Shown: positions 12,123 through 23,303 of the stretch, in pieces
Position numbering within the stretch: position 1 is the stretch's first letter
Layout of the letters: each line of letters starts with the position of its first letter
From: Octopus vulgaris
Taxonomy: Eukaryota
Reading direction: 5' to 3'
DNA length: 64,000 bases
Assembly (NCBI GenBank): GCA_951406725.2
Contig: OX597837.1
Coordinates: 4,340,001 to 4,404,000 of the forward strand
Notes under the pieces: generated by a model
Database searches by the model: none
What the model was told of the DNA's origin: nothing
The model's input: only the letters and a program-made list of their open reading frames with translations
Made by a program: the position numbers and the translations under genes

Positions 12123-13439
12123 ATATATATATTTATACATATAATGGAATTATGCTGAGAGTACTGGATCGATCCTCTTGAATGTAGTGATCCTCTAAAA
12201 TGTGTAGCTTTGCACTTATGTTAGAAATAAATAAGAGGAATAGCAGTTGCTAATTTTCCTTTTAGAATTTCTGGTTTTAGTAAGGTATATCAATTATATA
12301 GTATCTGTTTGGAATGGCTGTTTGTTATACATCAACACGAACGAGGAAACAAAGGATGGTTCAAGCGCATGCCATTACAAGTGGCACTTGAAAGAATAAT
12401 GTATTGATCCTTTCGGTAATCAACTGGTTAATCACCGAAGACAGCACGTGTTAGCTAAATGGAAGAAGGCAGTACCGACTTGTTTCTGCCGAAAAATACT
12501 GTCTAATTAGAAAACAAATAGGAGAAACAGAATGGTGAAAATATCAAAATTACGATCACGAAGCACTGAAAGAAAACACGATTTATTGAGTCTAGTTAAA
12601 GAATACAACGAACCAGAAGCTAACGGCACACCGCCCCGTGGGGGTTGAATGCGAACGATAATTACATTACTGGAAAAAACTGTTTGTTAATATCCCATAT
12701 GATGATTTCGTTTCCGGCAAGAAAGCTTGCAAATAGTCAACTACAACAATGGTATATTGAAATGTTGAGTTCGTATATATATATATTTTTTGTTTTTGTT
12801 TTTGTCTGCTTGGCTTCCCATCGTTATACAGCTGAAAAGTAGAATTTATTCAAATTTCAAAAATGATAGAGAAGATTTTCCTCCTTACAACACTATAATG
12901 AAAAAGACAAAACAAAGTTTCCGTGTTCATTTAAATAACATTCAAAATGTTTGATAAAAGAAAAAAACAAAACAAAACAAAGAAAACCAATTTATGAGAC
13001 AATATTCTTGTTTTCTTCTCTTATTTGTTTCAGTTATTTGACTGCGGTCATGCTGGAGTACCGCCTTTAGTCGAACAAGTCGACCCCAGGTCAATATATA
13101 TATCTGAACACTTGTAGAGATGAGCCACATTTGAAATAAAAAATGCAAATTCTCCACTTTATCTTCAAACATTCAGTTTTGGAGAGAATCCCTTGATGAA
13201 GCGTGTGTTTGTTTGTTTGTGTGTGTGTATGTGTGTGTTTGTGTGTGTGTATGTGCGTGTGTGAGTGTGTGTGTTTGGGAAATGTTCATGTTTATACTGT
13301 GTAACTTCGATCACGCCGCTTTCATATCTTTCACGCCATAAAATCGAACTGACCTTAACACCTAGAAAGCCCTAAAAGGAAAAATATGATTGAAAAAAAA
13401 AACACCTTACGGAATAGCAGAAAACAACAGAAAAATCTT

Positions 13440-13905
13440 AAAAACACCTCACAAGGGCAGAGTTCAAATCAGAAATTTAATCAGAATTCTTAGTAAGAGA
13501 ATGTGGAGATAGGGGATGTGGAACATGCAACAACACGAACAACTTCATATACTTGGAAAGTGGTTCCCACATAAAATTCAAGAGCGGATCCCTTTTCAAA
13601 ATAAATGCAAATATGAACAGCAAAATGCAAAACCTCATATACTGCATTGCCATCCTATACTGCAAAGAAAATTACATTGGTGAAACAAATAATTCCCTCT
13701 GCCAACGTGCAATAATCCACAGGCAACATATTCGACAAGAGGAATTATGCAAGATTCCATTAAGTATGCATCTGGAAATATGCAGCGATGGAAAATTGAA
13801 AATTCAAATTTTTTCCCTTTAACAAATGCGCACGGACGATCTGCAATACCGAAAAGCGATGGAACTACGGTTCGTCAAAAAATTCTCTCCAAAGTTGAAT
13901 GTTTG
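13440..13905 (+). pseudogene. Penelope-like GIY-YIG endonuclease relic
   Basis: CGDRGCGTC linker followed by NLIYCI..CKENYIGETNNSLCQR..HRQHI..HL (ORF 13553-13822). Confidence 0.85.
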
Positions 13906-14174
13906 AAAGAAAAGCGGAGAGAGTACATTTTGCAAGTATTATATTAATGTCCTCATGTGCAAAAACATGATATTAGAAGAGGCGTGATCGAAGTTATATG
14001 GACATGTTCTCGAACACACACACTCAAACGCGAACACACACAAACCCTCTCTCTCATACACACACACGCTTCATCAAGGGATTCTCTCCAAAACTGAATG
14101 TTTGAAGGTAAAGTGGAGAATTTGCATTTTTATTCCAAATATGGCTCATCTCTACAAGTGTTCAGATATATATA

Positions 14175-14390
14175 TATTTCTTTATTGCCCACAAGGGGCT
14201 AGACATAGAAGGGACAAACAAGGACAGACAAAGGGATTAAGTCGATTACATCGGCCCCAGTTTTTAACTGGTACTTTATTTATCGACCCCGAAAGGATGA
14301 AAGGCAAAGTCGACCTCGACGGAATTTGAACTCAGAACGTAACGGTAGACACATCGCCCGGCGTGCTAATGTTTCTGCCAGCTCGCCGTT
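14175..14390 (-). mobile_element. SINE family B with Tx1-type tail
   Basis: Tail TTTGTCCCTTCTATGTCTAGCCCCTTGTGGGCAATAAAGAAAT. Confidence 0.85.
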
Positions 14391-14456
14391 CACATATATA
14401 TATGTGTAACATTGGGATGGCCTAGCTTTACGTATATATATATATATATATATATA

Positions 14457-14655
14457 GGGAGAGTTTACGAAAAAAACTAAAGACGAAGACAGGTGGTGTA
14501 CAAAACAAACAGATGTATTTGTATAACGCTCAGGAATAGAAAAAGTATTTTACGTTTCGAGCCTACGCTCTTCTACAGAAAGGGACACAGAAAAAACAAG
14601 GAGAGAAACAAGGAGAGTAAAAATGTGTGTAGTGGCTAACGATCTATCATGGTGA
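14457..14655 (-). mobile_element. Short element H2 with hammerhead-like motif, in (TA)n
   Basis: CTTT-CTGTAGAA-GAGCGTAGGCTC-GAAAC-GTA-AAA. Confidence 0.7.
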
Positions 14656-14728
<73 letters not shown>

Positions 14729-15097
14729 ATATATATATATTTCATTTTATTTTATTTTTTTATTAATTGTGAATTTGCAAATATTATACTAATGTTTTTC
14801 CATGCAGAACTACATTTCATCAAAAAATTCCCACCAAAATGGAATGTTTGGAAGGGAGAGACAGTACGTTTTGCATTCAAAATATAACTCAAAGAGGAGA
14901 AAAAGAAAGAAAGAGGGGGAAAAAGAAGGAAAGGAGAAGGAGAGAACAAAAACGAAATGATTTCATGATGTCCAAACCACAGCCTTTTTTTGTTTTGAAG
15001 AGGTCACCATCCTTAAACCCATTCCAATAATATGGTAAAGGACTAAATAAATAAATAAACGAATGGTGAATAGGAAGGGGGATACCCCTTATATATA

Positions 15098-15169
<72 letters not shown>

Positions 15170-15184
15170 CGTCTACCTACCTAC

Positions 15185-15262
<78 letters not shown>

Positions 15263-15639
15263 GTCTATCTATTTATCTATCTATCAGCCTATCTACCCAC
15301 ATATATTTGTATCGATCCATCTCCATTGTCATGAAAACTCACCCTAAATATAAAAAATAATGTTCTGTTCTAAGCAAGGCCCCGCCAAAAACATGTGTTT
15401 AATATAAATGAACAAGCTGTTTGTACATTCACAAAATTTTATTTGACAAGTTCGAGAAACAACGAAAACGTTAATAATAAAGAAGAAATAAAAAGATGTT
15501 TCTTCCAAAATTCTGACAACTTTTTCTTAATATTCAATTTCTGTACCACACACCTAACACCCTCTTCCTCTCTCTCCTCCTCCTGCCTCTCTCCCCCTCC
15601 CTCTCTCTGTCTCGCTATATATTAATATATACATACATT

Positions 15640-15865
15640 TGTGTGTATGTATGTTTCTGTCTGTGTTTCTACCGCACCTCTGCTTGACAACCGGTGTTGG
15701 TGTGTTTACGTCCCCATAACTTAATGTTTCGGCAAAAGAGACCGCTAGAATAAGTATCAAGCTTAAGAAAAGCCAATGTGTTGTGGTCAATACATTCGAC
15801 TAGATATTCTTCGAGGTGGTGCTCCAGCATGGGCGCAGTCTAATGAGTGAAACAAGTAAAACATA
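15640..15865 (+). mobile_element. SINE family A, 3' half
   Basis: GCTTGACAACCGGTG..GGCAAAAGAGACCG..GGTGCTCCAGCATG. Confidence 0.8.
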
Positions 15866-15904
15866 ACCGATAAAAGACATGCAAACCCTCTCGCGTTTCC
15901 TTTC

Positions 15905-16450
15905 TCACTCTCATTCTTTCTCTCTCTCGCTCTCTCTCTCCTTTCATTACTCTTTCGTTCATTCTTTCTTTTCTTTCCTTCCTTCTATCTATCTTTCCAT
16001 CTGTCCCTCGTTTTCTATCCTTCATTCTTCTTTCCTTCCGTCTTTCTTTTCCCGACTTTCTTTCTCTCTCTCCTCCCTTCTCTCTCTCTCCCTTCTTTAC
16101 TCTTTCGTTCATTTTTTCTTCTTTTCTTTCCTTCATTCTCTCTATCTTTCTTTCTGTCCCCTTTTTTCTATCCTTCGCTCTTCTTTCCTTCTTTCTTTCC
16201 CCCTTCTTCCTTCTTTCCTTCCTTCTTTCTCTTTCTCTCTTTCTTTCTCTCTCTCCTCCCATTACTCTTTCGTTCATTCTTTCTTCTTTTCTTTCCTTCC
16301 TTCTATCTATCTATCTATCTTTCTGTTCCCCTTTTTCTATCCTTCTTTCTTTCCTTCTTTCTTCCCCCCTTCTTCCTCCCTTTCTTCTTCCTCTTTCTCT
16401 CTTTCTTTCTCTCTCCCTCTCTCTCTCTCTCTTTCCTCCCCTCTCTCTCA
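15905..16450. repeat. Polypyrimidine tandem repeat, about three units of 150-165 bp
   Basis: TTACTCTTTCGTTCATT recurs near 15947, 16097 and 16262. Confidence 0.75.
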
Positions 16451-16596
16451 CAGAAAACATCTACGAAATGAAACCCTCAAAATACTTAATCATTATAGAA
16501 AGACGTTCTCCTTCCATAATTCTATAAATTAATGTAAATATCCTAATAACATACATGTTTTTTTGTACCTTATGGACAAAGATCGATTATAAATAT

Positions 16597-16830
16597 CTAT
16601 TTCTTTACTACCCGCAAGGGGCTAAATATAGAGGGGACAAACAAGGATAGACAAAGGGAGTAAGTCGATTACATCGACCCCAGTGCGAAACTGGTACTTT
16701 ATTTATCGACCCCGAAAGGATGAAAGGTAAAGTCGACCTCGGCGGAATTTGAACCCAGAACGTAACGACAGACGAAAAACCGCAAATCATTTCGCCCGGC
16801 GCGCTAACGTTTCTGCCAGCTCGCCGCCTA
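16597..16830 (-). mobile_element. SINE family B with Tx1-type tail and 15-bp TSD
   Basis: ATCGATTATAAATAT at 16582-16596 and 16831-16845. Confidence 0.9.
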
Positions 16831-17291
16831 ATCGATTATAAATATTGATCACTAATTCCTAGTGGTTTAACAACATTTGTATGTTTTATATAGATGTACT
16901 ACATTCGTCGACAAATATTTCACAATGATAAAGACCTCGTTAGGATAAAGTAAGCAATAATTTAACAATAATTTAACGCCATCAATCATTCGTTGAAATA
17001 TATAATAAACATTTTTGCTCTTATGATATCGCATTGTTTTTTGCAGTAGTTTATTTTGTCAGTTTCAGGTCAAATGTCTATTGAATAGAAGTATGTTGTT
17101 CGTTAAATTTATAACAATTTTTCTTCCCCCAGAGTGTTTATATTAAGACAGCTTTGTGCGTTTTGATTCATTAAGTACAGCGGGAGGAAATCTCTCATGA
17201 AAAATGCCTTTTATGTTAGAAATAGAAATACATACATGATTATTTTGATCCTCGCTGCTTCTTGAGCCGATAGAATATATACATACATACT

Positions 17292-17359
<68 letters not shown>

Positions 17360-17367
<8 letters not shown>

Positions 17368-18140
17368 TTTTCTGGCCACATTTATAATATCGGGGCTTGC
17401 TGCTCTCCACTATAACTCTTAATACAACCTCCTTGCTCACCGTTATGGTCTCGACCATTCTTTCAACGTCCTCCAGGGCAGCGTGAAGGATTATCTCCAG
17501 GATCTGTCGTTGCCAAATCTTCGGTGGCATTCTCGTTATTTGGAGGACCTCTATCTTCTCTTCTACATCCAGCAGTACTGCAGCCACCAGCCAGGCGACA
17601 TCTACCTCGGGGGGGAGGGGGGATATAATCCATCCTTACCTTGGAAGCCCGCCTTCCAAAGTAAGTAGGGAGAAGTATTACCTCGTCCGTTTTCAGGAAG
17701 AGCGGGGGGCTACCGAATGTTGCCTGGCCTTCTCCTCGGATGCAAATCGCACCTCCACATTAGCGTATTTTCTAAGTCTTATATATCATTGCCTTTTGTT
17801 GCGAGTTATTTATAACTTCACTGGGAGGGGTCGCTTTTACTTCATGCCCATCCCTTCGCAAGATTTCCCTATACATGTTCAACTCCGCCTTCTTAAAACA
17901 AATCTTATCTGTTTTTTCACCAGCCGCAGCAACAAAATTCATTTGTTTTTTTCCACCTTCATTTTCCCCATCTTCCGGTTTGCAATATTTAAACTTCTCA
18001 TTAATTCTTCTTCAGATGTCGTTACGTCTGAAGAACTGAAATCTTCATAAATCATTAAGACGCAAGCAATGCAAAACAAGGGGTGGGGGTGGGCAGCATT
18101 AACAAAACTGCCGTAAGGCAGCAAAAATAAGTGTCTCAAG
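17360..18140 (-). pseudogene. Degenerate L1/Tx1-type ORF1 relic (RRM-like region and broken zinc knuckle)
   Basis: KYANVEVRFASEEKARQHS..VILLPTYFGRRASKVRM..PEVDVAWLVAAV..VIVESSKPRYYKCGQKSHI aligns with the ORF1s at 21922 and 27761; cut off by (TA)n. Confidence 0.75.
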
Positions 18141-18170
18141 ACACCATATTAATAACAAATATAATTCGAT

Positions 18171-18316
18171 TCTTACTTGTACTTACTTGTGGTGACATTC
18201 ACCTTGGGCGGGTTGAGTCGGCTTCTTCCTTGGAAGAAGTTTCGTGAGAATATGAGGATTTCACAAGCGGTCACCAACAATCATGCATATGGAGACATCC
18301 TGTTTGCCGCAGATTT
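18171..18316 (-). mobile_element. LINE-like 3' end (partner of 19860-20173)
   Basis: Inverted copy of 20005-20170, with (CAAGTA/AAGT)n tail. Confidence 0.55.
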
Positions 18317-18324
18317 TACAGGGA

Positions 18325-18379
18325 ATTAAACACACCAGCATCGGTTGTCAAGCGATGTTGAGTGGGGACAAACACGCAT

Positions 18380-18432
<53 letters not shown>

Positions 18433-18596
18433 CGACGGACTTCTTTCAGTTTCCGTCTACCAAATCCACTCACAAGGCTTTGGTCGGCCCGAGACTATAG
18501 TAGAAGACACGTGCCCAAGGTGCCACGCAGTGGGACTGAACCCGGAACCATGTGGTTGGTAATCAAGTTAATTACCACACAACCACTCCTGCGCCT
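18325..18596 (-). mobile_element. SINE family A
   Basis: Head and core match other A copies. Confidence 0.85.
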
Positions 18597-18655
18597 ACTT
18601 ATTTACTTTTTCTAAAATTTTCGCTGGTCTTGCAACCTTTTCAAATACAAAAACG

Positions 18656-18704
<49 letters not shown>

Positions 18705-19859
18705 TACATACATGCGTAGGCAGGCATCTATTTACACTCCAGTGTACACGAATGCACGCGTTGATATATATAAAAGTAAATAGATGCTCGCCTTTATGCT
18801 CGCTTAGATATACATGCACACGAAAATGATAAATGTTACACAAAGAAAGATGGCATCTCGTACATCTGAGTCTTCTATTTGTTTCTAAATTTCACGTTTC
18901 TCGAGCATTCGCGTTCCTATCCACTTGTTTTATTTTTCTACATTCCTCTCTTCTATGTATATATAACATCGATTGGTTCACCCATACAAACACAATATCA
19001 TCCTTCAGTTCCACTGACAAAAAAATTCTATTTATTCGATAAGCTCTTTCTTTTGAACATTTTCAAGAAAGGACCGCTTCTTTTTTTATCACAAGTTTGG
19101 CATTTCCTATTTATTATTTCTCCAGTGCTTTCATTATAAAGCTGAGTATGTTTATATACTTTTAACGTTCACCGAAGCATGCAAAATGTAATATCCACTC
19201 AAAGTCCAGCATTAAATACAAAGTTTTTTATGAAGTTTTCTGGATTTGTTTCTTCTTTTGTTAAATACTTTAGAGTTCATTTAATATAAAAAAATATGTA
19301 TTGAAATATTGGCTGTGGTTTCTCCTTGTAGGCACAAGAATATCTACACAGACAAACGCATACATACACAGAGCTATATATATATTATACATGCGCACAT
19401 GTAGATTTAGATATATGTATCTATCAACGAATCTATCCATCTATATGTCTCCCTGTTTATCTGTTTCTCTATATATCTCTTCCTCAGTCTGCCTGCCACT
19501 CTCTCTCTCTCTCTCTCTAAACACACCCACACGCACACAAACACACATGCACACAAATAGACACACAAAACTCGTTTATAAAATTTTAAATTTTCCGTCA
19601 GTTTTTGCTGTGAGGAGCTGAAGAGTCGAAACTCAAACGTTTCAGACCCAGTCCTTCACGAAGAGGAAAGAAAACTTGAAAAGAGATAAATTAAAGAGAG
19701 GCAGCAAAGTTTTATATCCTCTAACTTAAAAACACTGAGTGTAAAACACTGTGGCCTTTCGTTCATTTCCCTGCGTTTTATCTTTGCCCTGGAGAAGGAT
19801 GGAGAAGGACTATGTCCGGACATCTATTTCCCCACATAATATAAGTCTTGCCGACGCAG

Positions 19860-20173
19860 AACAAGTCAACCCCATTCGACTCTATTTTAATACCGAGTGG
19901 TATTAGGGCCACAAACCGGCAGACGGAGCTCTGGTGAAAATCCTCGGAGTTTCTGTTTCGGCAACCGGCGGCTCCTCGGTCGTTCTGTCCCTGCGTCTGC
20001 GGACAATCCGCGGCAAACAGGATGTCTCTACATGCGGGATTGTTGGGGACCGCTTGTCAAATCCACATATTCCCACGAAACTTCTTCCATGAATACAATG
20101 CCTCAAGGGTGGTGGAAAGAAGCCGACTCAACCCGCCCAGGGTGAATGTCGCCACAAGTACAAGTAAGTAAGT
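19860..20173 (+). mobile_element. LINE-like (RTE-type?) 3' fragment
   Basis: Ends CCCAGGGTGAATGTCGCCACAAGTACAAGTAAGTAAGTA; second copy at 18171. Confidence 0.5.
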
Positions 20174-20559
20174 AGAGTCTGTTTTAAACCGTCCAACACG
20201 AAATAACTGCACTCCCCTAGAATCAGTAATCATTACGCACATCCAGTGAAGTTTAAACATAGAAAAGCAGTACCTTGGCATATCTTTAAAGTATTCGTAA
20301 CATGGTTGCTGACTTTCTGCTTGGATCATATACACTGAACTATTCCCATCAACTGTTTCACATTTTGAAAATGTTGTAACTGAGGAAGGTATTACGTAAT
20401 ATATGTATTTCCTTCTATATATTACGCATACCGGAAACGGGCGTAGTAAATGATTTCAAAATATCACTAGTTGACTTGACCTGATTATTAGTGCTTATAC
20501 AGCTCGCTTCCAATACAAACTAGCCGTCTTAGACTCCACAGATGCGGATACTCTTACAA

Positions 20560-20577
20560 CACAGACACACAAACACG

Positions 20578-20657
<80 letters not shown>

Positions 20658-20822
20658 TATATACGGCGGGCTTCTTTCAGTTTCCGTCTACCAAATCCAC
20701 TCACAAGCCTTTTGTTGGCCCGAGTCTATAGCAGACGACACTTGCCCAAGTTGCCAGGCAGTGGGACTGAACCCGGAATCATGTGGTTTGGTTAGCAAGC
20801 TGCTTACCACACAGCCTCTCCT
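20560..20822 (-). mobile_element. SINE family A, 5' half
   Basis: Head and core match other A copies. Confidence 0.8.
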
Positions 20823-21921
20823 AAAACCTTTAAGGTGATTCCCTAACACAACCATTGTTCAATAACTACAAAAATGAAGGAATAATTTGATTTTTAATTA
20901 TTTACATTGAACTTAAGTTACGATATTGCTGTATTCAACTGATCTTAAGATTTGATTCTGTCACTATTGGGGTGATTGGTGGAACCTTTCCAGATACGTC
21001 TGGTGCATAGAAGACCCATTATATATTGGCGTTAACGTAATTAATGTACTGAACTAAATCAGAAAAAAAAAGAAACAGGCATTAATTAAAATGAAATACA
21101 TTGTGATGACTGGAATCTAATATCAAAGCTATTAATAGTACTCAAAAATTTCATGGGAGACAATTTATTTAAAAATTAATATACAGGTGCAGGAGTGGCT
21201 GTGTGGTAAGTAGCTTGCTAACGCACATGCGCAATTAGTCAGTTGCTTCCTGTTCAGCCAGAGTGGACGCGAGTCAATCAGCTCCGTCCAATTAAAGAAA
21301 AAAGACCAAAAGCGGAAAGTTGTCGAGGTAAGTGATTTTGTTTATTGTGAGTTGGGCATAATTTATTGCGTGCCAATTATTATTTCAGTAAGTTGTGTCC
21401 AACTCTGAGACAATTTCGCCTGCTCTCGGCGGCTGCCGTTTTTGTGTTCATTGAAAAAAAAAAAGAAAAAACAGTGGAGGGGCGTATCCTCAGAATTCAA
21501 TACAGTTACTGTTAAAATTACCGTTGGCGGTAGCCAGTGCTGTATTTGGGTTTGTTGAATTTATTCCCTTGTCAGAGTACTTCGCAAGAAAATTATAAAA
21601 ATAAGCCACTATTGGATTACCTTTCGGACCCATTTTTGTGGAGGTTGTGTTGCAGTTGCGGCGTTCCAGGTTCAACCCAGGCCGGGAGTACCGCAAGGCC
21701 AGAATATTTTGCTGTGTTTTTTCTGTTTATTAACTTTCTTTTGAACTTCATTTAACCCCCCCTTTTGTTTTTTTTCTTTATTGCGACTTTCCGTTAATTT
21801 CTTCCCTTCTGTTGTGCTTTCTCCTTTTTGTTTTTTCAAAAATCTATCAAATTTTATTTGGACTTTTGAACTTTTTTCTTCCTGCTTTTGAGTTTAATTT
21901 GAATATATTTAAAAAAAAAAC

Positions 21922-22788
21922 ATGGCAATGAAAAATAACAAAATTTTGGAGTGGGAAATCATACCCCCTAAAAAGTGGTTAAAAGACCGTGAAGATAGGA
22001 CGGTGGTGTTGAGAACCTACTCCAAGGCACTTGACACCATTGCCCTATTCGAAAAGACGGCAATTGAAAAGGAGTTGGAAGAGTATTTGCCAACAATTAA
22101 ATTCATTTCCAAGGGTGTCAAATATGCAACGGTGTGGTTGCTATTTGACACCCCCGAAGAGGCTTGCAAATTTGCTAGCAAATCCCTGGAGGGTAAGGAA
22201 ATCTTATTCCTGCCCACGTACAAAAAAAAGAAATTGATGAAAGCTTGGATTTGCGGACTGCCACCCGACATAGAACCCGAGTGGATAGAGGAGACTATCC
22301 GCCGGGGTCTGGGTGACAGCGAAACTAAGCTCCTCAATGTAAAAGTTCTTCCTGCGGCTGCTTGGGTTGGGTCAAAAGCAATTTTGACCCTGTGGACCCA
22401 ATCAGCCAATCTGGTTCTTCCAGATTTTTTGAAAATGGCCGGGTGTAGGTACCCGGTGATGCTTGAGGGTCGCCCCCCTAAGTGTCATCGGTGCTTGGAG
22501 TCCGGCCACATAAATAAGAACTGTCCTCGGGAACAAAATAGGATCCCGGAACAGTTAAGTAAAACCCCTCTAGAAGAGGGAACGATAACGGCCGAGAAAG
22601 CAGAGGACTCCTCAAACAGAGGCCGAAAGAGGAAGGTGAGCAACAATGGGTGCTCACCAAAGGATAATAGGGATGAGGAGAGGAAGGCGAATCTTCCAGC
22701 CACGGAGGAGACGCACCCTCCCTCAGTTGAAAAGGGAAAAAAAAGAAAAAGAGGAAGAAAAACGGGACATTACCGGCTGTCAGTGTAG
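21922..22788 (+). CDS. L1/Tx1-type ORF1 nucleic-acid-binding protein (RRM-like region and CCHC zinc knuckle)
   Basis: 288-aa ORF with GRPPK-CHRCLESGHINKNC (CX2CX4HX4C); collinear with ORF1 of the Tx1 element. Confidence 0.85.
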   Translation: MAMKNNKILEWEIIPPKKWLKDREDRTVVLRTYSKALDTIALFEKTAIEKELEEYLPTIKFISKGVKYATVWLLFDTPEEACKFASKSLEGKEILFLPTYKKKKLMKAWICGLPPDIEPEWIEETIRRGLGDSETKLLNVKVLPAAAWVGSKAILTLWTQSANLVLPDFLKMAGCRYPVMLEGRPPKCHRCLESGHINKNCPREQNRIPEQLSKTPLEEGTITAEKAEDSSNRGRKRKVSNNGCSPKDNRDEERKANLPATEETHPPSVEKGKKRKRGRKTGHYRLSV

Positions 22789-23159
22789 CACCGGAATGTC
22801 CCGGAACTACGTCGGTTGGGGTTGTGCCACCGACAAGAGAAGGAATACCGTTGGCGGAAACTGTGCCGCCAACGAAAGAACTGAACGTATTGGTCCTCTT
22901 CTATAGAGGAGGAGAAATTGAAAAAGTGATGGAAGAGCACTACAAGGGAGCACCTTTAGCCTTCACACAGGACCCCGAATGGCCTCCGCAGGTAGCTGTG
23001 GAGGCCGTGGCGTTCGACGTGACGCTTGGGCTAAAGGAGCTCAATGAAGATTATAACTTGGTCCCGGGCGACGCGAACTCGGAACTTGACTACGTTCTGA
23101 GGGAGGCGTGGTTGATGGTGGAGGGCGCGGGCACAAGCTATTTCGAGGACGATATGTAA
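22732..23159 (+). CDS. -1 frame C-terminal extension of ORF1 (fused product ~412 aa)
   Basis: The -1 frame is open from the GGGAAAAAAAAG run through KKRKKNGTLPAVSVAPEC..VVPPTREG..FEDDM*. Confidence 0.6.
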
Positions 23160-23180
23160 TTATTGAACTGTTATTATTAG

Positions 23181-23303
23181 TAATGGACTTAAGTCCAAAA
23201 ATTGAAAAATTGTAAGAGGATTAATACCTCGTTTTGTATTAATAATGGACTGCTAAGTCCAAAAATTGGAAAAATTGTAAGAGGTTTAATACCTCGTTTT
23301 GTG
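23181..23303 (+). repeat. Tandem duplication (~60 bp x2) in the 3' UTR
   Basis: TAATGGACT..AAGTCCAAAAATTG..AAAATTGTAAGAGG.TTAATACCTCGTTTTGT occurs twice. Confidence 0.9.

Noticed and set aside
19600-19830. Hammerhead-like fragments (CTGAAGAGTCGAAAC; GTGAAGGAC..GTCTGAAACGTT on the minus strand)
   Set aside because: Cores and stems are too degenerate and there is no second copy in the window; possibly a decayed PLE end.
21922-22788. Retroviral gag or domesticated host gene
   Set aside because: No LTRs, primer-binding site or capsid motif; it is collinear with the Tx1 ORF1 and bounded by a TSD within a SINE.
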